Shown: positions 36,915 to 47,896 of the stretch, in pieces
Position numbering within the stretch: the first letter of the stretch is position 1
How the letters are laid out: every line of letters starts with the position of its first letter
Source: Myxococcota bacterium
Lineage (GTDB): Bacteria; Myxococcota_A; Polyangia; Nannocystales; Nannocystaceae
NCBI GenBank assembly: GCA_039028615.1
Contig: JBCCHT010000022.1
Coordinates: 96,001 to 160,000, forward strand
Reading direction: 5' to 3'
DNA length: 64,000 bases
Notes under the pieces: model-generated
The model's database searches: none
Told to the model about the DNA's origin: nothing
What the model saw: only the letters and a program-made list of their open reading frames with translations
Made by a program: the position numbers and the translations under genes

Positions 36915-38729
36915 GTGGCGGACGAGCCCTCGCTCAAGAAAACGAAGGTCGACCTCGGTGGGTTGATGAAGGTGCTCGGGGAGCACCTGTACTCCACGCC
37001 GAACGTCGCGATCCGTGAGCTGGTCCAGAACGCTCACGACTCGTGCACACGACGGCGCATGGAGTCGGACGAGCCCTTCACCGCCACCATCACCGTGCAC
37101 GTCGACCCCGAGGCGCAGACCCTCAGCTTCGAGGACACGGGCGCGGGGCTCACCGATGCGGAGATCGAGCAGTACCTCGCGACCATCGGCTCGGGCTACA
37201 CACGGACGCTGCGGGACCGCGGGCACGATGGCCTCATCGGCTACTTCGGCCTCGGGTTCTTGTCGGCGTTCGTGGTCAGCGATCGCATCGAGGTCTGGAC
37301 CTGCTCGATGCAGGACCCCGAGCACGCCTGGATCTTCAGCTCCCGCAACGGGCAGAGCTACCTGGTTTCCGCCGCCCCCTCCCGCCCGGTGGGCACCCGG
37401 GTGACCCTGCACCTGCGCACCGAGTTCGCCGAGCTGTCGCACCTGTCCCCCGTGCGAAGCCTGCTCGAGCGCTACTGTGCGCTGCTCGACGTGCCGATCC
37501 ACTGCGGGAGCGGGCCGGCCGTCAACGCCGATCCACCGCCGTGGCGAGCGACCGACGAAGACGCCAGCCCGCTTCGCCACCGCCGCGAGCGACTGGAGTT
37601 CGCGCGCCGCTTCGAGGCGGGCTTCCAGCCCCTGTGCGCCCTGCCCATCCAGCCCAACGAGGGCTCCGACCTGCAGGGTGTGCTGTGGATCCAGGACGCC
37701 ACCACCTACGGCACCTCCGACAACCGCAACGTGTCCGTGTTCGTCCGCGGGATGCTGGTGAGCAGCGAAGACCGCGAGCTGCTGCCCACCTGGGCCGGCT
37801 TCGTGGGCGCGGTGCTCGAGAGCCAGACCCTCAAGCCCACCGCCAGCCGCGAGAGCCTGCAGCAAGACGAGACCTACACCGCGGCCCAAGACGCCGTCCG
37901 CGAGGCCCTGATCGAGGGGTTGCGGAGCTTGGCCACCCACGAGCCCGCGGCCTGGCGCACGGTGCTGCGTCGCCACAACGAGGCCTTGCTCGGCGCGGCG
38001 CTATGCGACGACCGCCTCTTCGACCTGCTGGCCGAGGAGCTGACCGTGCCGACCTCGTCCGGCGACCTGCGCCTGCCCGTGCTGCTGTCCCGCTCCGACG
38101 GTCGCATCCACGTCAGCCAGGCCGAGCGCGGCGGCTTCGAGGAGCTGCTGTTTCGCGCCCTGAAGGTCCCCGTGGTCGCAGGCACGCGCTACGGGTCGCT
38201 GTCCTTTTGCCGCGCGTACGCCGAGCGTCGCCGCGGCCGGCTGGTGGTGGTGGGCACCGAGGGCGGCGACAAGGAGCTGTTCGGCCAGGTGGAGTGCCCC
38301 CCCGAGCACGCGCGCGCCCTCGAGCAATGGTTCGGCGGTGACGACATCGAGGTCATCGCCGCTCGCTTCGCCCCGCCCTACCTGCCCTTCGTGGTGGTGG
38401 TCGATCGCGAGGCCGAGCTCAAGCAACGCATCGAGTCCGACGAGGCCGACAAGCGCATCGCCAGCGCCGTGCTGAGCCTCGCCCGTCAGTTCACGGGCAG
38501 CATCGCCACCAGCGCAGCGCTCAAGGTGTACGTGAACTTCGACTGCCCGGTGATCCCCGCGCTGCTGCAGGCCACGCCCGAGCGCGCGGAGCAAGGCCTG
38601 ACCCTGCTGCGCCCGCTGCTGGGCCTGCTCTCCGAGCACGACGACGAGGGACGCCTGATGCCCGTAGACCAAGCCCTGGACGGCTACTGCCAGGCGATCG
38701 TCCGCCTCACCGAGGAAGGGCCGCAATGA
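36915..38729 (+). CDS. HSP90/HtpG-family ATPase (divergent paralog)
   Basis: HLYSTPNVAIRELVQNAHDS, DTGAGL, IGYFGLGFLSAF, GTRV, LLPTWAGF and PTASRESL. Confidence 0.88.
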   Translation: MADEPSLKKTKVDLGGLMKVLGEHLYSTPNVAIRELVQNAHDSCTRRRMESDEPFTATITVHVDPEAQTLSFEDTGAGLTDAEIEQYLATIGSGYTRTLRDRGHDGLIGYFGLGFLSAFVVSDRIEVWTCSMQDPEHAWIFSSRNGQSYLVSAAPSRPVGTRVTLHLRTEFAELSHLSPVRSLLERYCALLDVPIHCGSGPAVNADPPPWRATDEDASPLRHRRERLEFARRFEAGFQPLCALPIQPNEGSDLQGVLWIQDATTYGTSDNRNVSVFVRGMLVSSEDRELLPTWAGFVGAVLESQTLKPTASRESLQQDETYTAAQDAVREALIEGLRSLATHEPAAWRTVLRRHNEALLGAALCDDRLFDLLAEELTVPTSSGDLRLPVLLSRSDGRIHVSQAERGGFEELLFRALKVPVVAGTRYGSLSFCRAYAERRRGRLVVVGTEGGDKELFGQVECPPEHARALEQWFGGDDIEVIAARFAPPYLPFVVVVDREAELKQRIESDEADKRIASAVLSLARQFTGSIATSAALKVYVNFDCPVIPALLQATPERAEQGLTLLRPLLGLLSEHDDEGRLMPVDQALDGYCQAIVRLTEEGPQ

Positions 38730-41050
38730 ACATCTGGCGCTGGGTGCTGGATATCCGACGGACGCTCCGCGACAACGGACACGCACGCCTGGCCGAGCTC
38801 ATCGACGAGCTGCCCTCGCTGGCGGTGGACGACGAGCACGCGCGCGTCGACGCCCTGGTCCCCGAAGCCCTCGCGCTGGCCCGGGCCGCCCGCGAGCCGT
38901 GGCTCGAGGTCTTCGTTCGTCACTGGGCGTTGCAATCCCAGGTCCTGCATCGCTACGAAGCCCGCGAGCGCCTGGCCGAGGCGGTCTCTCTGCTCGACTT
39001 CGCCAACCGACCCGAGACCCAGGGCTGCCCGCAGAGCGTGTGCGTGACCCAGGATCTGGCCGTTTGCTACGCCTGCACCGACGGCCCCGGCTACGTGCAG
39101 GAGCGACTCGACGTGGCCGCCCAGACCCTGGCACGCATCGACCCTTCGTGGCCGTGCTTCGAGTGCATCAGCAGCGAGTATGCCTCGGCGCTGCAGGACG
39201 ACGAGCGCCACGAAGAGATGCTCGAGTGGCTCCAGGGCCAGACGGATCGAGCGGTGGCGGCGGGCGTCGCCAAGCCTTCGCGCTACGTGCTCAAGCGAGC
39301 CAGCTCGCTGATGGCGTTGGGCCGCAACGACGAGGCATGGGCCTTGCTCGAACACCACGAGGCCGAGCCCGGCGGCGGCACGAACCGAGAGGTCGACACC
39401 GAGCTCATCCGCGCCCGGGTGCTGCACGCGATCGGACGCCACGCGGAGGCCCGACGCACGCTCCCCACCTTCGACCGTATCGCCCACACGCCGAGCTTCT
39501 ACGAGGACTACGTGTTCGCCGTGGAGAGCCTGGTGGAGGCGGAGCAGCTGCCGAACGATGCCGATCTGGGCGCCCGCCTCCGACAGCTCTTCGAACGTGC
39601 CGAGCACAACGGAGCGTGGTTTCTCGCCGGGCAGATCGCCACCGTCGGGGCCCGGCTCGCGCTGGCCCGCGGTGCGTGGTGGCTCGCCGGGGTCTGTGTG
39701 CGGGACGTCGATCGCATCGCCGAGCGGCTGCGCAAGCCCGAGCGACTGCACGCATTGCTGCAGGGCGAGCGCCAGACCATCGAGCAAGGGCCGCCCGAGC
39801 CTCCCGCCCTGCCCGACTCGGTCGAGGAGGTCGGAGACGCGCTGCCCGACGAGCCCGACACCGCGCTCGAGATGCTACGCGCGGCTCGCCTGCGCTGGCC
39901 CAGCGCGCTCACGCTGGTGGTGATGCAGTCGCGCGCGCTCAGCTCGTGCGGCCTCGAGCCGATGGCCGAGGGCAACCTCCGCGAGTTCATCGCCCAAAAC
40001 CCGGACGACGAGCTCGCCGTGCTCGAGCTGGCTCGCGTCCTGGTTCGCGCCAAGCGACACGACGCGCTGTGCGAGTGGGTGGAGACCGCCATGCAGGGCG
40101 AGGGTCTGCGTAACCAGGCGCTATGGCTGATGTCGGCCTCTCACTGGCGGCGCGACGAGTACGACCCCGCGGCGATGTACCTCGAAGAGCTCCTCGACCG
40201 CGATCCCGAGGCCGACGTGCCACGGGCTCGACTCGCCATGATCGAGCGACGTCGCGGTCGCCATGCCGAGGCCCTCGCGCACCTCGATCGCCTCGTGAGC
40301 ACCGCAGAGCCGGGCAACCACGACTGGGATCGCATGACGGAGGCGGCCGCCCTCGGGAAGTGGGAGACGGTGCGGGAGTCGGCGAAACGGCTGGAGATCG
40401 AGCTCCCCGACGTCGACGACCCCACGACCCCCATCGACCTGTCCATGGGGCAGTGCCGGGTCCGCATCGTCGAGGACGACGGAGCCGAGCACGACTACTA
40501 CGCCTATCGTCGCAGCCCGGTCACCGCCCGCGTGTACCAGGTGACGAGGCCGGGCAAGGTCGAGCACTACGACGACCTCGTGGTCTTCGATGCCGCCCCG
40601 GTCAATCCCCGACCCAGCGGCGAACCGCGAGACGACGACGACGACGACGATCGCGAGAGCACTCTGCCCATCTACCCCGCCGTCGCCGTGCTCGAGCGAG
40701 GCGGCTACCGCACCTGGAGCCTCGACGGCACACACCCGGGCGACGCCGCCTGGGAGGCTCTCGAGGACGGATTGAAGGCGCTGGGCGGCATCGTGCTGAT
40801 CCAGAACGACGAGGAGTACCAGCACGAAGACCCCGACGGCGGCGAACAAACGCTGCCCGGGGTCTACGCGGTGAGCTGCGTGCCGGACTCGGTCGACGTG
40901 ACCACCCTGCACGAGACACTCACCCGGCTGACCGTCGACTGGCCTCACCCGCTGGTATGGCCAGACCTGGCCGAGGCGCTGCCCGAGGGCAAGATCCGCG
41001 ACCAGGCGCTGGAGCGCGTCGAGCAGGTCACCGAGCGCTACCAGCTTTAG
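38726..41050 (+). CDS. Large TPR-like helical repeat protein
   Basis: ATGA overlap with the Hsp90 gene; helical repeats; Cys motifs CPQSVC and WPCFEC. Confidence 0.7.
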   Translation: MNIWRWVLDIRRTLRDNGHARLAELIDELPSLAVDDEHARVDALVPEALALARAAREPWLEVFVRHWALQSQVLHRYEARERLAEAVSLLDFANRPETQGCPQSVCVTQDLAVCYACTDGPGYVQERLDVAAQTLARIDPSWPCFECISSEYASALQDDERHEEMLEWLQGQTDRAVAAGVAKPSRYVLKRASSLMALGRNDEAWALLEHHEAEPGGGTNREVDTELIRARVLHAIGRHAEARRTLPTFDRIAHTPSFYEDYVFAVESLVEAEQLPNDADLGARLRQLFERAEHNGAWFLAGQIATVGARLALARGAWWLAGVCVRDVDRIAERLRKPERLHALLQGERQTIEQGPPEPPALPDSVEEVGDALPDEPDTALEMLRAARLRWPSALTLVVMQSRALSSCGLEPMAEGNLREFIAQNPDDELAVLELARVLVRAKRHDALCEWVETAMQGEGLRNQALWLMSASHWRRDEYDPAAMYLEELLDRDPEADVPRARLAMIERRRGRHAEALAHLDRLVSTAEPGNHDWDRMTEAAALGKWETVRESAKRLEIELPDVDDPTTPIDLSMGQCRVRIVEDDGAEHDYYAYRRSPVTARVYQVTRPGKVEHYDDLVVFDAAPVNPRPSGEPRDDDDDDDRESTLPIYPAVAVLERGGYRTWSLDGTHPGDAAWEALEDGLKALGGIVLIQNDEEYQHEDPDGGEQTLPGVYAVSCVPDSVDVTTLHETLTRLTVDWPHPLVWPDLAEALPEGKIRDQALERVEQVTERYQL

Positions 41051-42879
41051 TGTCGGCGGCGACGCAGGCCGAGCAGTCCGAGCAGCATGAGCAGGGCGCC
41101 GCCGGGGGCGGACCCATTGGAGCGACAGCCACAGCCGTCGGTCTCGGTGACCGTGCCCGCCGAGGCCGAGCCGCTCACCACCCCGCTGGTCGTCGCGCCA
41201 CCGTCGTCGTCGCCCGCCGTGTCTGCGCCCGTGCCCGAGCCTTCGCCCGAGTCACCGCCGGAAGCTTCATCCCCAGCGGTGTCGTCGAGCCCACCGGTCG
41301 TCCCCTCGGGCGCATCGAAGTCGATGATGACCGGGGCAGTCGAGTGCGGCTCGGTCAGCGGGGGCTCGCCCGCACAGCTGACGTAGTCGTAGTCCCAGCG
41401 CGGCTGGATCAGGTAGGTCACGTCGTTGGCGGGCGCACCCGTGGACACCACCTCGAACACGATCTGCCGCGAGACGCCCACCGCGATGTCGCCCACGGGC
41501 ACGCCGCCCATGAGCCCCGCGTCGTCCACCGCGTTGCCGTCGATGTCCCCGTCGTTGCCGTCGATGGCGAACGAGGACAGCTCGAGGCCCTCGGGCAGCG
41601 GCGCCCGGAACACGAGCCCGGTGGCGTCGACGAGCCCGTCGTTGCGCATGTTCACCGTGACCGTGCTGGTCTCCCCGAGCGCGAGCACCAGCGGGTCGCC
41701 TTGCGCCCCGTTGCCCTCGGAGGAAAAGTCGGGCGCGTTGACCTCGATGGCGAAGCCGGTGGCGATGGGCACGAAGGAGTCCCCCGTCGTCACCGCGGTG
41801 AGCACCGCCTCGGTCTGGCCGTTGCTGAAGTGGCCCTCGGCCGAGCTGGCCGCGATGGAGGTGACGTCCCAGCCTTGACGACCGCCCGCCACGGTAAAGC
41901 CGCCCGCCGCGTCGTGGTTGGCGTCGCCGAAGCTGCCGCTCATGTCCACGTTGCCGCTCGAGTCGTTGAGCTGCGAGCAGAAGAAGTTGTCGACCGGGTT
42001 GTTCGGCCCCGAAAGCGGCACCGAGGCCCCGCCGATGGTCTCGCCGATGCGGAAGCTGTCGCCCGTGAGCTCGGCGTCGCCCTCGATGGTGCTGACCACC
42101 ACCCGGCCCTCGAACGCACCCGAGGGCGGCGTGCAGAACCCGGCGAACTCGTAGTCTTCGACGCTGTCCTCGTCGACGAAGCTGCCGCCCACGAAGATGG
42201 TGAGGTTGCGGATCGGCTCGCCCGAGTCGCGGTAGGCCACCAGCAGGGTCCAGCCCGCCGCGTTGAGCGAGTTGATCTCCACCGTCTGCGTGGCGGGGAT
42301 GCCCGAGACCGCGTACATGCCCGCGCCGTTGTCCTGCACGAACGCCGTCACGTCGGCGGAGCGCATGTAGTAGTTGGCCTCGAAGCCCGAGAACGCGACC
42401 TCGGCCAGGTCGAGCGCGGTGATCGGGTCGGGCGTGATGAGCTCCGAGCCACCGCCCGCAACACTGAGCGTCACCGGCTCGTCGACGAAGGCCCGCACAT
42501 CCTCCGAGCCGTAAAACGAGCTACCGCCCCACACCAGCTCGGCGTGCAGCACCTCGACTTGCGGCGGGATGTCGAGCTCGGCCTCGGCCCCGTTGAGGGT
42601 CCAGTCGCCGGTCGTGCCCATCGGCCACGGATTCCCCGGGTTGGCCGGGTCGTCGTCGACCGAGGCGTCGTCGAGGCTGATGAAGGTCCCGATGGAGTCC
42701 TCGAAGCCCGGACCGTTGGCGGCGAACTCCTTGGCGAGCCCCAGGGTGTTGCCCGTAGCCACCACCTGACCGGCCGCCGTCCGCGAAAAACGCAGTTCAC
42801 TGGCCGAAGCCGGCGTCGACACGCCGACCGCCAGCAATGCCACCGTCAAACCCAATCGATAGTCTTGAATCCCCCACAT
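41047..42879 (-). CDS. Secreted beta-rich surface protein (DUF3344/DUF11-like) with MYXO-CTERM
   Basis: Signal peptide; AELVWGG; Y...ADVT; AGWTLLVAY; Ig-like module; GCGCRS-TM-RRRRH tail. Confidence 0.75.
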   Translation of the reverse strand: MWGIQDYRLGLTVALLAVGVSTPASASELRFSRTAAGQVVATGNTLGLAKEFAANGPGFEDSIGTFISLDDASVDDDPANPGNPWPMGTTGDWTLNGAEAELDIPPQVEVLHAELVWGGSSFYGSEDVRAFVDEPVTLSVAGGGSELITPDPITALDLAEVAFSGFEANYYMRSADVTAFVQDNGAGMYAVSGIPATQTVEINSLNAAGWTLLVAYRDSGEPIRNLTIFVGGSFVDEDSVEDYEFAGFCTPPSGAFEGRVVVSTIEGDAELTGDSFRIGETIGGASVPLSGPNNPVDNFFCSQLNDSSGNVDMSGSFGDANHDAAGGFTVAGGRQGWDVTSIAASSAEGHFSNGQTEAVLTAVTTGDSFVPIATGFAIEVNAPDFSSEGNGAQGDPLVLALGETSTVTVNMRNDGLVDATGLVFRAPLPEGLELSSFAIDGNDGDIDGNAVDDAGLMGGVPVGDIAVGVSRQIVFEVVSTGAPANDVTYLIQPRWDYDYVSCAGEPPLTEPHSTAPVIIDFDAPEGTTGGLDDTAGDEASGGDSGEGSGTGADTAGDDDGGATTSGVVSGSASAGTVTETDGCGCRSNGSAPGGALLMLLGLLGLRRRRH

Positions 42880-43005
42880 CGCCCATGAGCCTACACCTAC
42901 CTACTGTTCAATACAGCCCCGCCCGGCGTGCGCCCCCGCATGAGGGTTCCCCTTCCCTCCTCGGACCGCAGAGACACCTGACGCCCGTGGCATAAGGATC
43001 TCACC

Positions 43006-44352
43006 GTGACCGAGGCGCTGCGGCGGGAGCTGGGCCCCTACGACGCGATCGCCGTGGTCGTCGGCGCCATCGTGGGGGTGGGCATCTTCTTCACCCCCAG
43101 CCGCGTGGCGGCCCTCGCCGGATCCGACTCGCTGTTCCTCATCACCTGGGGCGTCGGCGGCCTGGTGGCGATCGCGGGCGCCATGACCTTCGCCGAGCTC
43201 GGCGGGCTCTACCCGCGAACCGGAGGCCAGTACGACATCCTGCGCGACGCCTACGGACCCGCCATCGGTTTCGTGTACGTGACCTGCAACGCCACCGCGA
43301 CGCAGGCGGGCGCCATCGGGATCATCGCGATCGTCTGTGTGCAAAACGCCGCGGTAGCGCTGGCCGGGCATTCGCTCGAGGGTGGGTCGCTGCTGGGGGC
43401 GGCGCTCGCCGTGTCCTTCGTGATCGCCTGCGCCAACGCGGCCGGCGTTCGCCAGGGCGCACGGATCCAAAACGCGACCGTCGTCGCCAAGGTCGGAGCC
43501 TTGATCGCGGTGGTCGTGATCGCGTTGCTCTTCCACGAGCCCGCCCCGGCGACGGCCACCTCCGAGCCCACGGAGTACGGGCCGCTCGCCGCCATCGCGG
43601 CCGGCCTCGTCCCCGTGCTGTTCTCGTTCGGCGGCTGGCAGATGGCCCTTTGGGTGGGCGGAGAGGTTCGCGATCCCCAGCGCAACGTCCCCCGCGCGAT
43701 CATGGTGGGCGTGGCGATCGTGGTCGTGGTGTACCTCGGCGCCAACTGGGCCTACCTGCGCCTGCTGGGTCACGCGGGGGTGGCCAGCAGCGAAGCGCTG
43801 GCCGCCGATGCCGTCACCGCGGCCGTGGGCGATGTGGGCCGACGCCTCGTCGCCGCGGCCGTGGCCGTGAGCGCGCTCGGAGTCCTCAACGCCCAGCTGC
43901 TCGGCGGACCACGATTGCTGCTCGCGCTGGCCCGTGACGGTCGGTTCTTCCGCCCCTTCGCCTCCGTGCATCCCCGCTCGGGGACGCCCATTCCCGCCAT
44001 CGCCCTGCTGTGCGGCACCGCCATGATCCTGCTCGTCGCGGCCGGGGCCGACGGCATCGATCGCCTGCTCACCGGGGTGGTGCTCATCGACGCGGTGTTC
44101 TTCCTCCTCACCGGCCTCGCCACCCTCGTGCTGCTCCGTCGGCACCCCCGCGCGGGCCGACCGGTGCGCATGCCCTGGTTCCCCCTGGTGCCCCTGTTCT
44201 TCGTGCTCGCCGAGGGCGGCGCAGCGGTGGGGGCCTGGATGGATCCCAACGTCCGAGGCGCGGCGGTCATCGGGATCGGCTGGATCGCGGCCGCCAGCGT
44301 GATCTACGCCTTATGGTTCCGCCAGCCCGCCGATCCACCCGACAAAACGTGA
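43006..44352 (+). CDS. APC-family amino acid permease
   Basis: LRRELG, IVGVGIF, FAELG..YPRTGG, FSFGGW and EVRDPQRNVPRAI; about 12 TM segments. Confidence 0.92.
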   Translation: MTEALRRELGPYDAIAVVVGAIVGVGIFFTPSRVAALAGSDSLFLITWGVGGLVAIAGAMTFAELGGLYPRTGGQYDILRDAYGPAIGFVYVTCNATATQAGAIGIIAIVCVQNAAVALAGHSLEGGSLLGAALAVSFVIACANAAGVRQGARIQNATVVAKVGALIAVVVIALLFHEPAPATATSEPTEYGPLAAIAAGLVPVLFSFGGWQMALWVGGEVRDPQRNVPRAIMVGVAIVVVVYLGANWAYLRLLGHAGVASSEALAADAVTAAVGDVGRRLVAAAVAVSALGVLNAQLLGGPRLLLALARDGRFFRPFASVHPRSGTPIPAIALLCGTAMILLVAAGADGIDRLLTGVVLIDAVFFLLTGLATLVLLRRHPRAGRPVRMPWFPLVPLFFVLAEGGAAVGAWMDPNVRGAAVIGIGWIAAASVIYALWFRQPADPPDKT

Positions 44353-44363
44353 GTCGATGGGGC

Positions 44364-44392
44364 TTGGCGGGGTCGATTCTGCGTGCTAGATA
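44364..44392 (+). promoter_or_regulatory. sigma70-like promoter of tRNA-His
   Basis: TTGGCG-17 nt-TAGATA with an extended TGn -10, about 30 nt before the tRNA. Confidence 0.5.
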
Positions 44393-44421
44393 ACCGGCCC
44401 TCTCAACGAAGAGCACCACGC

Positions 44422-44496
44422 GGCGAGCGTAGCTCAGCAGGTTAGAGCGCCGGTTTGTGGTACCGGAGGTCGTGGGTTCAAGACCCATCGCTCGCC
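44422..44496 (+). tRNA. tRNA-His (GTG), G-1 encoded, CCA not encoded
   Basis: G-GCGAGCG/CGCTCGC-C acceptor stem; GCTC/GAGC D arm; CCGGT-TTGTGGT-ACCGG anticodon arm; GTGGG-TTCAAGA-CCCAT T arm. Confidence 0.96.
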
Positions 44497-44500
44497 CCGC

Positions 44501-44536
44501 CAAGACCCCGTAGACGACAGTCTGCGGGGTCTTTTG
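44501..44536 (+). terminator. Intrinsic terminator after the tRNA
   Basis: AAGACCCCGTAGAC-GACA-GTCTGCGGGGTCTT followed by TTGTT. Confidence 0.8.
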
Positions 44537-44623
44537 TTGGTTTGCCCCGCCCCTCGCCGCACGCAAGAAGGGGCCCGGTCGCCGCAGCGCCGTGCCCCTT
44601 TGATGCAAGCGTCGACCGACCGA

Positions 44624-45883
44624 CTAGTGGCCGTGGTCGTCGCCCGCGGCCGGCTTGCCCCCGGGCTTGCCCGCCACCTCGGCGTGCGGGTTGGAGCCCG
44701 CCTTGCGCCGGGGCGGCCCCTTGCCATCGCGGGTGGCGGCTCGACCGAGCTTGGTGCCTCCCTTGCCGCCCTTGCGACGACCCCGTCGCGGCTCGGGCCC
44801 GAGGGTGGGCTTGATGTTGTCGGTGATCGGGTACTCGCCGAGCAGCCGCTCTTTGAGCTCGCGACGACCCTGATGCAGCTTGCGCTGACGCAGGCGGTCG
44901 CGGATCTGATCTTCGAGCGCCTCTTGGGGCAGCTCTCCCGGAGGCCATTTTCCGGTGAGCTTGATGATGTGGTAGCCGAACTTGGTCTTCACCGGCTCGC
45001 TGATCTGGCCGGGCTCGAGCTTGAACGCGACCTCGGAGAATTCCTCGGTCATGCGATCGGGGGTGAAGATGCTGATGTCGCCGCCCTTGGAGGCGCTGGG
45101 GCCCACCGAGGTCTCGGCCGCGATCGCAGCGAAGTCGGCATCGGGCGCGCTCACCCGGGCGTGAATCTCCTTGGCCTTGGCCAGCGCCTCGGCCTCCCAC
45201 TTCGCCCGCTCTTCGTCGCTGGGCTCGGGCGGCTTGCCGTCCTTGCCGCGGGCCGGCGGCTGGGGGCCGATGGGCACGAGGATGTGCGAGGCACGAACGC
45301 GGGGCTTGTCGGAGACCCAGTTGCCCTTGATCTTGTCGTAGTCCTCGGTGACCTCGGCGTCGCTGACCTCGAGGCTGCCCAGCTTCTCCAGGATGGCGTG
45401 CTCGCGCAGCTCGTTGACCACCATGGCGCGCAGGCTGTCCTCGGTCTCGCCGCGGCGCTCGAGGTGCTTGTCCCAGTCGCGGATTCCCCGGCGCTGCTGC
45501 TCTTCGCGCTTGGCCAGCGCGTCGGCGTCGTACTCGACCCCGAGCTTCTTCACCTCTTGCGCGACGACCTCGTGATAGATGAGGCGCTCGGCGATGGACT
45601 TGCGATAGCGACGGTCGGCCGAGGGCGGGATTTCACGACCGCGGTCGGCGTACTTCTTGACCTTGAGGTCGTAGATCTCGCGGAACTTGGCGTTGGGAAT
45701 CTCGGCCTCGCCGACCTTGCCGATGGCGCCCGCGGGGATTTCCCCGAGCTCGATGGCATCGGCGCTGCCATCCTTGGACTCGATCTTGTCGAGGTCCTGC
45801 GCCTTCTCGGGCTTGGGAGGCTCGGTGCAGCCGAGCGCCAGCATTGAACAAAGACCAACGAGGACGGGGATGGAACTTCTCAT
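44624..45883 (-). CDS. PpiC/SurA/PrsA-type peptidyl-prolyl isomerase, lipoprotein
   Basis: Lipobox LALGC; VRASHILV; DFAAIA; KGGDI; ISEPVKTKFGYHIIK. Confidence 0.9.
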   Translation of the reverse strand: MRSSIPVLVGLCSMLALGCTEPPKPEKAQDLDKIESKDGSADAIELGEIPAGAIGKVGEAEIPNAKFREIYDLKVKKYADRGREIPPSADRRYRKSIAERLIYHEVVAQEVKKLGVEYDADALAKREEQQRRGIRDWDKHLERRGETEDSLRAMVVNELREHAILEKLGSLEVSDAEVTEDYDKIKGNWVSDKPRVRASHILVPIGPQPPARGKDGKPPEPSDEERAKWEAEALAKAKEIHARVSAPDADFAAIAAETSVGPSASKGGDISIFTPDRMTEEFSEVAFKLEPGQISEPVKTKFGYHIIKLTGKWPPGELPQEALEDQIRDRLRQRKLHQGRRELKERLLGEYPITDNIKPTLGPEPRRGRRKGGKGGTKLGRAATRDGKGPPRRKAGSNPHAEVAGKPGGKPAAGDDHGH

Positions 45884-46020
45884 GACCGCACCAGCGAGCG
45901 AGGACAAACGGGCCCTAGAGCCCCGAATCGCGACGGATTGTAAAGCACAATCAAGGCCGCGCGACAACGCCGCTGGTCGCGCCCCGCGACCCTGACAGCC
46001 CGAGCCCGATCGCGTAGGCT

Positions 46021-47415
<1,395 letters not shown>

Positions 47416-47440
47416 CCCCTCGCCCCCACAAAAAAAGACC

Positions 47441-47896
47441 ATGGCCGAAAGCTCGCGATCCCCCAGCGACGAGGACGACAACCACGACGACGCCCCGCCG
47501 GCCCGGGTGAGCCGCCACGTCAAACCGCTGGGTCCGCGCGTGCTGGTGCGCGTGGTCAAGTCGCCCGATCGCTCGGAGGCGGGCCTGTTCCTGCCCCAGG
47601 GCGTCAAGGATGGCCACGCGATGGCCCTGCTGGGCGAGGTCCTCGAGGTCGCGCGCACGATGCCCAAGACCGACTCGGGGCTCGACGATGACGACGACGG
47701 TGACGAGGACGACGACGATGCCCGCACCGACCGGGCCGACTTCGGCAAGAACGTCAGCGGCATCCCGCTGCACGCCAACGTGTTGTTCGAAAAGGAGCGC
47801 GGCGTCGTGATCCCGTGGGACGAGAGCCTGCGAATCATCGAGGTGCGCCACATCCTGGCCATCGTCGACATCATCAGCGAGGACGAGCTCCAGTGA
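47441..47896 (+). CDS. GroES/Cpn10-like protein with acidic insertion
   Basis: VKPLGPRVLVR...SEAGLFLP...GEVLEV...ILAIV; poly-Asp insert. Confidence 0.7.
   Translation: MAESSRSPSDEDDNHDDAPPARVSRHVKPLGPRVLVRVVKSPDRSEAGLFLPQGVKDGHAMALLGEVLEVARTMPKTDSGLDDDDDGDEDDDDARTDRADFGKNVSGIPLHANVLFEKERGVVIPWDESLRIIEVRHILAIVDIISEDELQ

Noticed and set aside
44422..44620. tRNA-His as an integration site for an island
   Set aside because: No integrase is present, I saw no duplicated tRNA 3' end, and the flanks are housekeeping genes.
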